63,389 bases of DNA, filler included, from Choristocarpus tenellus KU-1152 (GCA_964200185.2; 7 parts of 7 records of this genome joined end to end with filler, not necessarily neighbours in it), one strand, 5' to 3'. Counted from the first letter of the whole stretch, positions 36,336-48,825 are shown. Notes: generated from the sequence alone by a model not told the origin. Numbers and translations: made by a program.

Positions 36336-36970
36336 GATTGCAGCGACTTTACTCCCCTATAAAGGAACTCTAACCCTTTCTTCCCACCACTTTCCCCCCT
36401 CTCCTCTCAAATCTCAAATTTGAAAAAAGATTTTTTTCTTCTGGTTGTCGATTTTTTAGTGTCAGAAAACGTTAAACTATTTAATGTAGACAAAGATAAT
36501 CTTGACCCACACCACCCACAAATCAACCTACACATGAAATATTAGTATATAACTATCTCTTTCGCGTGAAGGGGTTGATACTTGTAAACCATCTTCAGGC
36601 ACCCCTTACTTATTCCCTTCTGCTCACCTGTACTACAACTTTCTGTTGACCCAGAGCGCGATTTGTTTTTATACTCTTTGGGAGAGTCCTGGCACCATTG
36701 GTTTAAGAGTTCCTAGTTGGCTACTTTGAAGATCGAAGTTATGCACAGACTCCACAGCTACACGTGTTCTCGCTTAGCTCGACCATCAGCTTTGCACAGG
36801 CAGGCACAGCCCCCCTTGCACCTTTCCTCCTAGTGGGATGCTGGAGCACTGTGACTGCTAGATGGTGGAGTCTGGGAATAGACTGACTGCACACAGGACC
36901 TCCCCTTTCGCCTTTCTTCTCAGTCAGTGTTTATCAAGCACTGTGTGAGGCTACTTCGCGGTATATGTTT

Positions 36971-36992
36971 GGCTCAAAGTATCTGAGGGGGG
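36971..36992. mobile_element. MITE terminal repeat at contig end
   Basis: GGCTCAAAGTATCTGAGGGGGG then linker. Confidence 0.65.
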
Positions 36993-37092
36993 NNNNNNNN
37001 NNNNNNNNNNNNNNNNNNNNNNNNNNNNNNNNNNNNTTAATTAATTAANNNNNNNNNNNNNNNNNNNNNNNNNNNNNNNNNNNNNNNNNNNN
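36993..37092. other. Artificial contig linker
   Basis: N44-TTAATTAATTAA-N44. Confidence 0.98.
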
Positions 37093-37149
37093 TGACACAA
37101 ATGGACACCCTGGTGTAGCCTCCCCCCCCCCCCCAGACACTTTGGGTCA
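37093..37149. mobile_element. Partial MITE copy at contig start
   Basis: AAATGGACACCCTGGTGTAG...CCCCAGACACTTTGGGTC. Confidence 0.75.
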
Positions 37150-37669
37150 AGAAAAGGTTACAACCTTGTCCACAGTGTGCCCTCCTACCCACATTGCATA
37201 CATACAGGTAGCTACAGGGCACCACAGAGCACCACAGAGCACACACAGTCCTCATCATCACTCTTCAATGGAAGACTTCACAGCTAACCTCCCAACCAAG
37301 CTGAACAGTGTCATTCAGTCCGTAGTTGTGTAGCACATTCTTTTTTTTTAAGTGGAGACATCGGCTACAGATTGAATGACAACACTACAACCCTAACCCT
37401 AACCCTAACATCACAGTGTTAACCCCCCCCCAAAAAAAAGAAAAAGACGGTATCTTGACAGTGTTTTGTAATAGAGACATTTTGACGCGGGCGGGGCCAC
37501 CCGACTAACTCAGAACCTCTCCGCCTTCCACCATCTTGGAATTCAGCAGTCAACAGAGTTGGTATGACACTGCGCATTTAGCTCAAAAGGTACAAGGTAC
37601 AAGGTACAAGGTACAAGCAACTCCACCTATACCGCCAACAGTTCCTTTCTTAGTCATACCGTGCCACCA

Positions 37670-37834
37670 ACTAAACCCTAACCCTAACCCTAACCCTATT
37701 TAAAACACTGATTTCTGATCAAAGCCTTCCTTTCTGTATTGGAATCCCCCCCTAGCCGAAAAAACGAAACCCTGACTAGGGTTAGGGTGTATAGTAGGGT
37801 TAGGGTGTATAGTAGGGTTAGGGTGTATAGGGTG
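37670..37834. repeat. Interstitial telomere-type repeats: (CCCTAA)n facing an 18-bp TTAGGG-containing tandem
   Basis: CCCTAA run at ~37676-37697; (AGGGTTAGGGTGTATAGT) x~3 at 37778-37834. Confidence 0.85.
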
Positions 37835-40008
37835 AACGATTGCCAATTGATAGCTGACACTAGCCATTTTAACCCACAGGCTACTGGCGCTTCTTCTTCT
37901 GCTCACTTGGTAACTTGAGATTTGATTTCAGGCACTCAACGATGACAATTTACTTGGCAATACAGTGGACCGCTTTGTCAAGTACCTTGCTCGGCGGCAG
38001 CCATCCCTCCAACCTTGTCACACTATGACAGGTACTCAGGCATTAATGCCCCGACACCCGAGGGTGACAGCAAATGCTACAGTGAACTGAAATACCGCCT
38101 GGCAAGGAGATAGAAGTACGTCTACTCGCCTACTGTAGGTCGAGAAAACCTAACCAGTTGATGAACAGGAGAGATTTGATCCTTGGTGTTGATGGGAACA
38201 AGACCAAACCCAAATAACACACTTTACAAGCCAGTACGTAAGTAACACGCAACACATCGGAGTGGTGAATGAACTCAGTTAGGGTTAGGTTCGGGTTGGG
38301 GTTAGGATTAACACACTTTGTTGCTGGCGAGTTTTTTTCATGAAGTGGGAACAAAAAAAAAAACTTGGAAAAAATTTATAAAATAACATCTCTACCCCCA
38401 TTGATTTGGGTTATAGGGTTAGGCTTAGGGCTACTGCACATGAGAAGCAAAAGCTGAGACTGGCTACAGAGTGATTGACGCACAAACGCTTCAAGTGCCA
38501 TTGTTGTCAAAAAATTCTAGGAATTTTATCACGACAATCGGCAAAATAATGTACCAACACACCAACATTGCTATGGTACACACACACATGGACCATTGTG
38601 TACAGACCACAGTATGGTTCCCACACACATGTACCATGCCAGACCTACTGCCAGACCAATTTCCTCACCCGCATCAACCAAGAACAGTCCGAGAGAGTTC
38701 CAGACCCTGTTAACTACACCACTATGCTTAACACAATCAACAAGGAAAGAAACATGCAGTGGCATCCCTTCATATCCTTAGCAGCAGGAGCAACTGCTTC
38801 CCTGATATAAAAGATTATGTGTCCATTTAGTGAACATCTATATAATATATATATATAAGATTATGTGTCCATTCAGTGAACTTCTATATCAGGGACACAC
38901 AGGGCTTCTTGTCCGTTCAAATACTTTTCATCCCTAACCCTAAGTCGAGGACCCCAATTCCTGGACGACAACATTTGTGTACTGAGAGAGATGGCCTGCC
39001 TTAGACTGGAAACTGCGTAAGCATTTTTTCTGTATTTTTTCTGTATTTTTTTTGTATTTTCTGGGGGGTTTTTGTAGGGAACTTGATGTTTAACTACCGT
39101 GCCGCTGGTTTTCTGAAAGGCCAACTCTTGTTGGTTCGAATCTAAGATTTGTGAAGTCATATGCAAAGTATTACACAGTACTGGGTTGACCCTTGAGCAG
39201 GCACGCCTCCTATTACACAATTGCACCGGGATTGCACCCGAGGACTACAGGGTGTAGGGTAATATGCTACATAGTGCCAAAGAGGGTGTAGGGTAGGCCC
39301 CATCTCGCAAGCACCAGGCCTACAACAGTACTGCATGAAAAACAAAGACTGATCTTAACAAAGGGTCTTGAAAGAAACAAGTGAACATCCAGGGAGTTCA
39401 GAAATGTCTGCTTGCCTCCTCTTGAAGGATTGAAGAACACATGAGAAAGAACTAATAAATAAAACTAATCATTTTGATTAAGATTTAAGTAACTCACTTT
39501 CTGCACTCATCATAATATCAATTAAACTGTTTTTTATTATTATTAAGTCCATCAGCGGGTCTTATTTTCTTATTTTATTAATTTGATCAAGGAGTGCGAT
39601 CAAGGTCATCTACAAGGTCATCTACAAGAAGATGAAGATATGCAAAATTTGAACCTGAGACATGCAAGTATCCATGTCAAGTAGATCGTCATCATACCCA
39701 TTCACCACTATCCCATGGTTGCTCTGTGAGACTTATATGCATGATTGAAACTTGTTCATAACAATATAGTATGCAGACAGAGCACCATGATATTTTGAAA
39801 GGGGTAAAGTCGAATGCAAAGGAGTTCATAAAATTATTGATGGCAAATGATGGAACCAAAATACAGTATGTTTTATGTACTGTACCCAAGCCTTGAATCC
39901 TACAGCATTGGCTCAATTTGAAACAAAACACTATTGGTACAATTGGTGTAATTGTTTTGTATTGGCGATTATGACCATCCCCGTCCGTATCTTTCCATGA
40001 AAATGCAC

Positions 40009-40326
40009 CTGGGGTTTATCCATGTCGGCCTTGGAAAGTCCCGTGGCGTAGAGCATTGCCTGAGAGGCCCCCTGACTCTTCCTTTGAGTCAGCATCCTCG
40101 AGTAACGGTTCAAGATTGGTCCCTCCTCTCCTTCTCCTCCCTCCCCTCCCGCATCCATGGACATCATGTGTCTACCAGTTGCCTGGGTAGTAGCTGACCT
40201 GGATGTCATGTGGGCTGCATGTGATGACATCCGAGAGGTGGTCCATGGTTTTGTTGTAACTATGAACGCTCTTGCGGTGCCCAGCAGTCCCAGAAGGGAG
40301 GTTGTGGTCCTTGCGGTACAGACCAT
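40009..40326 (-). CDS. ilvD: Plastid dihydroxy-acid dehydratase, exon 1 (3'-partial)
   Basis: [35 protein letters not shown] is the eukaryotic Ilv3/DHAD N-terminus, preceded by a signal peptide, ARA-F motif and S/T/R-rich transit peptide. Donor CAG|GTGCAT at 40009/40008. Confidence 0.9.
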
Positions 40327-42732
40327 AGTTAGTCTCAGGTCTGATAAGTCAAGAGGTGGGCAAGGGGTGGCGAAGGGGGTAAGAGAGAGTAAAGGAGTAA
40401 TGGTCGATTGAGGTAGAGTTAGAATTTAGAGCTTGGTGAACATCTGCTCCTATTGTCTTCGTTGGGTTGAGAAAGAAGGAGACTCCATCCAGGTGGAAAC
40501 GAACGAGACGAGGACATTGACGTTGCCGTCGACTTTGGAAGCAATATTTGGAGATTGGTTTCTCCCATTATCTTGAAAGTCATACAAAGTACATCAATCA
40601 AACTAGAGTGTTGTAGCAAGACGATACGGCGGAGGGCAGCAACATAATGTCAATATAGGAAGCAGATCAGTGAGCTACACAAATTGGTATGGGATCTAAA
40701 AGTCATTGGTGTAAGGATTCTAGGCTTGATCAACAGAACCCACAACCAGCGAGAAGAGAGGTCCGAATCGCGAGCAAAGATGTGCTTGAAGATTCAGTTA
40801 GCTTTCCATTTTCTTCCTAAGAAACGAGTATTGATGAACTGAAATGCTGCACCTGGCTCGCACCAGTGGGAGCACTGTTCATCAGCATCAATAGACTTGC
40901 AATCATTTTGCCTCATGAAACTCTATCGCGGACCAAAAAACCTCGCACAGATTGAATCTTGTTCGAAATTGATAGAAAGAGGATGGTGTCTGACTATCAC
41001 AAGGGTGGGATGAGGTAGTTTGGGAGAGAAATAGCTTCATGCACAAGGGTAGTTGTTTCATGACCAGAGAGAACGTGGGGGCACAATAAGGAACGATCGT
41101 ACAGCCCCAAACTGAGAAAGCTAAAGAGGGGACTATGTTCTGGCTCGGACGCATTAAGGATCACAAGGAGGACAGAGCAATGTTCAGTTCAAGCGGGACC
41201 AGAGAGGGCATACCGTTAGGACCTTGAGCTGCTTGAGCGTCTCAGTGGTTGGTGCGAAGTTGTGGTTGATGAACAAATAAATATTCATGCCGTCGAAGCT
41301 TTACAAACAGTGTGCGGATTTTGAAATTTGAAAAGCTATTACACTTTCAAGTAGTTCGTGATGAATGCCACTTGATAGAGGAGATGGAAGCTTACTTTCC
41401 GTAATCTGGGTGTACTTACGCTACTGAGCGCTTGCTCCGAGCAAGTCATGACCTTCACACTTCAAGATCCGAGGCGAAGAGGGTCAAGGCATGAAGGTTG
41501 TTGGTTGGTGGTGATATCAGTATACGATCCAAGCCACCATCAGTGAGAGCAACCTTCATATCATTTGTTGGTTGACTTGAGAAATTCTTCGAGCTGGACG
41601 TGAACGTAGACTATTTGTTGTGACACATACAGTGCTTCGCTTTCTCTTCTACAGCCACAGTCTCCTAAGGTGGGTTAGCTACATTTCAGATATAGCAACG
41701 AGGTGTCAGCCAGAAGGTTTAAAAAATCATACATACTCAAACAGACCCCAACCAACCTAAGATAGGATGGCTCTACAGCACGCCACCACCAAATCCACTC
41801 TATCATCCGTTCCATGGCGCACTACAGTGAAGGCTAAAACCTCATCTTGCATAACAGATGGTTCCTTTGAAGGAATGGTAATATGGGATGTGCAAATGTC
41901 CCCACGAACTGGAAATGTAGATATCACGCGATCTTTCCCCCCCCCAAACCCGACCTTACCAAGAAGTTACGGATATCTCTGCAGCGCTACGAACCTCAAT
42001 AACGTGCTATAGATCGCCATCATAGTCTCTGCAGAATATTTCGAATATATTGTAGGTGATCTTCCTGTCAAGGTGAATTAGCACAGCAAAGTACTTTCGT
42101 AGACCCCCACAGCCTAAGAAAGTTTGTTCTGCTCACATCGAAGCAAGAGCCCGGAAAAAAAATCAATAGTTTCGATGAAGGCCTGTAAAAGTGAGTCTCA
42201 AGCAGAAGTATGGAGAAAGGTTTTGGAAGCATGAAACTAAATCCAAGTTACCAAAGTTTTCCAACTTCTTAAAAAATATCTTATTCTTGGGAAAAAGAGG
42301 AGCTCAGGTTTCAAGGTTTGACGGTGATGAATAGCTATGATCCACTCTATACCGCTCTAAACCAATCTTGAGGAACATCGTTTCACATCCAGGACACTCA
42401 GGACACTGTAACACGTATCACAGGTATTACGCTAGAATATCTATTCATATGCGACCTGTATGGTCCATTATCCAGAACGCTGTTAGGGTCAGTTTGCGCT
42501 AAAATGTATGTCCGTTACAAGAACAATGCTAATGAAGCAACAGCTCTGCAAGATCCGTTGTCCACATAACACCTGAGTAAATTTGCTCTATGTAACTCAA
42601 CGTCCGTTGTCTAGCCCTAGGCTTACGCCAGTGCCCATTTTCAGGGCAACGGTTGGCCATCGTGGAACAGAAATATCCACAACCATTTGCTATATTACTC
42701 TTGTTTCACACATACGTGTTTGATTTTATTTA

Positions 42733-42917
42733 GGCTCAAAGTACCTGGAGGGGGGACGGAGGGATCTACACCAGGGTGTCCATTCGGGGCCCTAACCGGG
42801 AAAGTGCGATTGTATTATCCATCCGACACATGCAATCAAATAACCCAAGAATCACGACATGGAAAAATGGACCCCGAATGGACAGCCGCCGCCCCTGCCC
42901 CCCAGATACTTTGAGCC
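42733..42917. mobile_element. Complete 185-bp MITE with TTA target-site duplication
   Basis: tta-GGCTCAAAGTACCTGG...CCAGATACTTTGAGCC-tta. Confidence 0.88.
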
Positions 42918-44334
42918 TTAACCCGTGGACAGAGGAACCTGTTGTAAAGTAAAGTCAACAAAGAAAAAGAAAAGTTGTTGACAAAAAGAAAAATGTTTTC
43001 TTAGAAATATGCTCGCAACACTCACTCATAACATCTGTTGAACAAGTTTAGGCAACATCCTGCTCTATATCATCTGTTGTTGTGAAAAAAACTTTGTTGT
43101 GTTTATTGCGAAAAGGTTTAATTGAGTCATCCAAGCGCAGTCGTAGGTGTGAAGATGTGCGCTTCGGAGCTTGACCATGCCTTCCTGGTATGGCCTAGGT
43201 ATCGTACGACAGCTGTGGTCCATGTTGAGTAGCTTATTGCATGTAAGGCTCGTCGCCCAAAGCCGCTGGTTGAGATACATGGTAAAACTTACATTGAATA
43301 ATTAACTGCCCACCAGCCATCCCATCATCCCTGATGTAGGAATGGATACTGGCTCATCATACCGCTATGTACATCACTACTTTGTATTGTACCGAACTAA
43401 AGATAGACTTACATGAAACCTATGTTATATACTTGTATCAGCACAGCCAACGTAAAGATAACACTGGATTATTTGATATCCTCCCCTTGCTGAGAACAAG
43501 TATTAACTCTTAAACGATCACACCAGCAGCAACAACAAAAAATTCAAGACGCATGTTACCTTACACGTTCATCAAAAACTTCACATGTTGTCTAAGAACT
43601 CGTACTGGCAAATTCTCGGTCAACACATCTGCCCTCGGGTTTGCAGTACCAACAAAAACAACACGAATCTCTCCTTTCCTGGCTAAGTTCCTCAGAAAAT
43701 GGTGTCCGACATCAACGTGCTTTGTTTTTGCAGAACTTGTGGGATTTCGTATTATTTTGTATGCACCATCCTTATACTCAAACATGTCAATGCAACGCCT
43801 AGGAAACTGTGACTGAATAAAATCAAAAATACTTCTCAAGAAAAGCAATTCCTGTGCCACACTGCTAAGGGCTTAGGGCCAGGACCTGCATGTTTAGCCA
43901 ATCCACTTGTGACATTTTTCAGGTGCCTTCATCTGGCCCATGGTAGAGGATCCTGTTGAGCCAGGGGCTGTACAGTGACCAGTTGTACACACGCCACCTC
44001 CTCCTCTGACCATCTAGAAGTTCCTCATTGAGCTTATCTCCTGGCGGCAAGAGCGCTCCCTGACTCCCCGCGATCAGCTTCTTACCGTCGGAGCGAGAAG
44101 TATCGGGAATGTAGCGTTTAACGAGCGTTTTGAATCGATGCTCTGGAACGTTCGCCCTTACTGGGGTGTTGTAGATAATGCTTGGTGATTTGATAATCGT
44201 CATCCAAGCAGTCCAGCATTGCAATTTGTAGTAGTTGTTCGGACATTAAATGCCCCATCTTTGCCATCTGCCCAACTCAACCTAACAACACAGTAAAGGA
44301 GACTTAGGGGTCGGACCCCCACTGCATTTTGACG

Positions 44335-44512
44335 GACCCAAAGTATCTGGGGGTGGTGGGGGTTCTACACCAGGATGTCCATTTGGCCCAACATCGGGAA
44401 AGTGCATTTACATTATCCATCCGACGTATGCAGCCAAATCACACAAAAGATGCGATATGAAAAAATCGAACACAAATGGACTGCCGCCACCCCCTCCCAG
44501 ATACTGTAAGCC
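44335..44512. mobile_element. MITE inserted in the copia internal region, ACG target-site duplication
   Basis: acg-GACCCAAAGTATCTGGGGG...CCCAGATACTGTAAGCC-acg. Confidence 0.85.
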
Positions 44513-45076
44513 ACGTTCATCACCTTTTTCTGGAGCCGTGCTATTTCTTCATCTGAGTGAATGAGAAAATGCTCCTTCAGTTACCTCCAAGCCACTGAGG
44601 GTGATGCTGCATTGCGTGCAATTCACCTGTAAAACCCGCTGGTACTCCGCAGCTCGACGTCATATGCTTTCTTGGCCGTGGTGACCTCCTCTTCACTGAC
44701 ATCTTCGCCCTTAATGAAGTCTATGTCAACCACTCTGATGGGTTCCTCCCTAACCTCTAATGCCTCATCAATATCGCCCTTTGTGCCCAAAAATGCCCGG
44801 GTTGTGGTGAACCAATCGGCATACTTGTCATCCGTTAGCTGGAGAAGTTTGGTATGAAATCCATCTGAAGCCATGAGTGATGTTAACCAACTCAAACCAA
44901 TCCAGTTCGGCTGCGCCTCTCCTAGCTAGAGTTTGTTGATTAGGCGCTTATAAGCGTGTTGAGTACCTTAGTGCAAGGCTCGTTGCCCAAAGCCACTGGT
45001 TGAATTACATGGTAACACATACTATGAATTATTATTTCTCCACCAGTCATCCATCATCCCTCACGTATGAATGAAT

Positions 45077-45734
45077 TTTCGACATATGAATAGTTCTCAT
45101 TAGTTTTCCTGTGGCACATCTGCAAAATGTGAGAGGGCATAATAATAATATAGCTGCTGCTCAGTTGAGGTGCAAAAGCGCACCCACTACGAGGGCTCTT
45201 TTGACCCTCGTAGTTGTAACCTCAACACCTTCGCGGTGGAAAGGTTTGGGCGCCTCGGCAAGCAAGCGGAATGTTTCCTCGATGAGCTAGCTACACACAT
45301 GGTAGGGGGGAGAGGAACGGGCGGCTGTTGCAGAAAAGGTGCCGTCAAACCCGCCCACGCCAAACAGTCTCAGTCACAACGCAAGTAGCCCTATCTAGAC
45401 GGGCCATGTGTTTTAAGCTAGAGAGTTGGGCAAGGAGGGGTATATTAGATTCATGGGATGTTTCCCTACCTTCTCACCCTGGGGGGCAGGAATAAGTTTG
45501 GGACACGGGAAGGCAGTAGTACAAGATAGATATGTGGCAGTAAAATAGGAAATAGATGAACTTTTTTCACTTTTGTGATAACTGTTACTTCTCTAGGGAT
45601 TTTTCAGATATGAGAATAGTTTTCATTAGTTTTTCCCCTGGAACATCTGGAAAATGTCAGAGGGTATGAAAAATAATTGAATATATGCCTGACACATCTG
45701 CAAAATGTCAGAGGGCATAATAATAAAAATATAC
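45077..45734 (+). mobile_element. 5'-truncated non-LTR retroelement (restriction-like endonuclease type, CRE-like) inserted in the copia LTR
   Basis: Flanked by 10-bp duplication ATGAATGAAT (45067-45076 and 45735-45744). ORF remnant KRTHYEGSFDP...FAVERFGRLGKQAECFLDELA; ends GAGGGCATAATAATAA. Confidence 0.7.
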
Positions 45735-45938
45735 ATGAATGAATAGTGGCTCATCATACCTCTATGTACGTTGCTACTTTATATTGTACCGAACTAAACA
45801 TAAAGGTGATGGAGGAAGGCAACGATGGTACGCGAGACAGGCAGGGGCAAGGAACAAAGTGGAGGGTTTAACCCAGCTCCAGGAATAGATACACAGATCT
45901 CGATTTCGCAGAACGGAGATGGATAGACAGAGGACGGA

Positions 45939-46571
45939 ATGAGCCCACATGGGGGCGAGGTGGATGTGATCGAGGATGGGAATGGTGGCTCTCGAGATAG
46001 GCACAGGCATGGGGGGAACATAAGCAGAGCACACCACTCCTCTTCGGGTAGACACGATTCATCTCTGCAGGATGGCGAAGCCCGGACGGAAAACCGAACG
46101 AGCACACAGGGGGATGGGACCAGAGAGGTGGTAGAGGCACACGATGATGGCAGCAGGGACCTACATGGCTACGAGGAGGAGGAGGCAGGAGAGGAGGTGA
46201 TAAGAGATATTACAGGGCTTCGAAGGCCAGCCTCCTCCACCAGGGACCCCAACCCACGCCCATCCCAACAACCACGTCAGCTTACACCGGAACACTGTGC
46301 AATCTGTTTTTCCGAGATACAACAGCCAGTACTCCCTTTCTCCTGCACACACTCACTGGATATAGGCTGTGCCTCGGCTCTATACCTCCGCGCCAGACCC
46401 CTACATCCCTTCCCGTGCCCCACCTGCCGTACCCCTGCCAGCCCAGAACACTACTACGCTGCCATGGAGGGGAGTGTGGGAACCGAAGCCATGCTGGAAT
46501 CCATCCGCTCTCAATCGTCCTCCACCCCTTTTGTCATCCCACCATTCCGCCTACTCTCCATCCCACGCCCC
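45939..46571 (+). CDS. Intronless ORF with RING-finger variant, runs into contig end; possibly part of a mobile element
   Basis: CAIC-x12-CTH-x2-D-x2-C-x15-CPTC after a low-complexity G/D/E/R region. The unrelated sequence starts where the copia LTR is truncated (~45803). Confidence 0.55.
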
Positions 46572-46671
46572 NNNNNNNNNNNNNNNNNNNNNNNNNNNNN
46601 NNNNNNNNNNNNNNNTTAATTAATTAANNNNNNNNNNNNNNNNNNNNNNNNNNNNNNNNNNNNNNNNNNNN
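46572..46671. other. Artificial contig linker
   Basis: N44-TTAATTAATTAA-N44. Confidence 0.98.
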
Positions 46672-47275
46672 GGGGGGGGGAATGGGGCATACGGTTTTTA
46701 TAGAGGGGGTGGAGATGAGTTACAGAGATAAGAAAAATTACTGATGAATTACAAGGGTTTTGAGTGGGATACAATGGGCTTAAATAAAATGATTACAATG
46801 TTACTGGATAATTGATGTGATCGGTGTATGCTACATGCTTGTGTTTCATGATAGGAAATGCCTGTGGATGGCAGCACATGTCCTACTCCACATGCTTTCC
46901 TTCCCAGCACATTGAACTCACTGTCTGCCGTAGGCTTTTTGACTCTCTTCCCCTGGTCTCCATGGTATGGGCCGTAATATCCAACCTTTGATTGAATAAC
47001 TTCAAATGAACAGGAGGGGAAAAATGGCTATGGGTGGGGAATGGATAGTCAGGTCATCCCTGACAGCAGTTACTCTCCTTTCTCATAACCCACTCACTTC
47101 TCTCTTAACCCCTCCCAAAATTCGAAGTTTTTCTTACTTGCCAGTCCTCTTTCTCTTGAGATCATAATGTTATTTATATCATGTTATGGTCATAGCCAAC
47201 ATTCTGGTCAGCATCATTTTCAAACCACCAAGTCTTCTCAAAATGGAAGTTTTTGTAACCATCTTGTCTGTGCAG

Positions 47276-48825
47276 GAGGGATCAGAAGCCAGTCACTCCG
47301 AGGTGAGTGAAGACGATGATGACTTCGCACCTTCAGTTGCTTCTAGGGCCCGTGGAGGTCGAACTTCTCTCAAGGCGAGAACTCAACCAAAGCATGGGCG
47401 TGCACGTGGTGAACGGTTGGCAAATGGGGGATCGGAGAGGTCTGGGGGGAGGGGGGGGGGTGGAAGGCGTGCCCTGAAGAGAAGCAGATCTGAGGGGGGT
47501 GAAGATGCTGCTGTTGAGAAGGCTCCTGGGCAAATGAGAGCAAGGGCGTTGGAGGTGGTGGCGTCGTACCTGTCAAACTTTGACCTGGCGAAGATTACGA
47601 TGAGGCATGGTGATGGTTTGGACATTGGAGGTGGGTGGGTAAATGGGGGGAGGGAACTCGACACACTTGAAGTGCCGTGGATTGAAAGAGTGTGTGAATG
47701 ATTTGTTTATGGAATTACGCTGATTGAATTGAAGAGTGGTTGGAAGATGGGTGAAGGAATGGTAGCTTGTGAGATATGGATGATTTTTTATCGATGTTTT
47801 GGGGTGTTGATGTTGTGATTGTACCTGTTGTCAACAAATCACTTCTATTGTCTTTTTGTTGTTCAGCAATGACAATTTCACATGCCCCCCACCCCCCCTG
47901 TGCGCTTGCACTGCCATTGATCTTAAGGATCAAAAGATACCAAGAGGCGAAAAAGTGTTGGGGAAGACAAGACTGTGAGCGGCGGAATGAGTAACGGTAG
48001 AGGTTCAGTATCGTCAACCAAGCGAAGGCGAGTGAAGGGAGACCAGGGGGTGGGGGGGAGGCAGGAGAAAAAAGCTAAGGGATCAAAGCTCTCGCGCCAG
48101 GAGGAGCGGGAGCGTGAGGAGGCGGAAGGAAAAAAACGCCTGGACAAGGTCAGTTGGAATGTGACATAGGGTGCATGTTCCCTTATCTGTTGTGTTTGTA
48201 TTGTTGTTAACTTCAGTAGTAGCTATTGTGTACATGTTGAAGTGCTCTGTGTATAGGTAATTGAATAGGTTTAATGTTGGGGTAAGGGATCTTGTTGGCA
48301 GCAAGAGATTTGATTGCTTGTCACTCTTGTTTCTCTTTAAACCCTCTATTTACATCCCACACCACCGTGGTCTTGTCTACAGTTGATCTCGTGATGAAGA
48401 GCTTGGCGGAGACATCCCCACTCCCTCCAGACACTGTAACCCTAACCCTAATCACCTACCCTTTGTTCTTGTCTATTTTTCATCTCTAGATGAAGAGCTC
48501 AACGGAGATGGTGTGGATGCAGGCACGAAGGATGGATGGGAAGGGACAGAAGAGGGATACCAGTGGAAGTAGTCGTGCTGAAGGTGATGGTGCAAGGCCT
48601 GTGGCGGGAGCTGGGGCAGGGAGGGCCGATAGGGACACCAATGGAAGTAGTCGTGCTGAAGGTGATGATGCAAGGCCTGTGGCGGGAGCTAGGGCAGGGA
48701 GTGGGGAGGGTGGAGGTAATGGAGACGAGGATGTGCAGGCTGCGTTGGCTTTGAGCCAGAAGTTGTATTCGCTTACTTCTGAGAAAGATTTCGACCTGGA
48801 GAAGGCCTTGAGGATTCTCCAAAAG
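47276..48825 (+). CDS. Hypothetical basic/acidic low-complexity protein, probably nuclear; three internal exons
   Basis: Phase-compatible exons 47276-~47630 (donor uncertain), 47928-48148, 48490-48825. NLS-like KRSR/KRRRVK; helical segments LEVVASYLSNFDLAKITMR and DFDLEKALRILQK. Confidence 0.6.

Larger units (their letters stand above)
43223..45802 (-). mobile_element. Internally deleted Ty1/copia LTR retrotransposon with nested insertions
   Basis: Direct repeats at 43223-~43478 and 44957-45802 (second copy interrupted and truncated). PPT-like GCAAGGGGAGGA abuts the left LTR on the minus strand. Gag start LTDDKYADWFTTTRAFLGTKG (44623-44895), RT remnant (43919-44224), RNase H end NPTSSAKTKHVDVGHHFLR...ADVLTE (43561-43860). 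Confidence 0.88.

Noticed and set aside
36971-37149. One MITE spanning the gap, implying contigs D and E are adjacent
   Set aside because: The halves are compatible, but the family is high-copy and often ends contigs; adjacency cannot be shown without reads.
40800-42600. CpG-containing, coding-like DNA upstream of DHAD
   Set aside because: No sustained ORF, splice pattern or recognisable domain.
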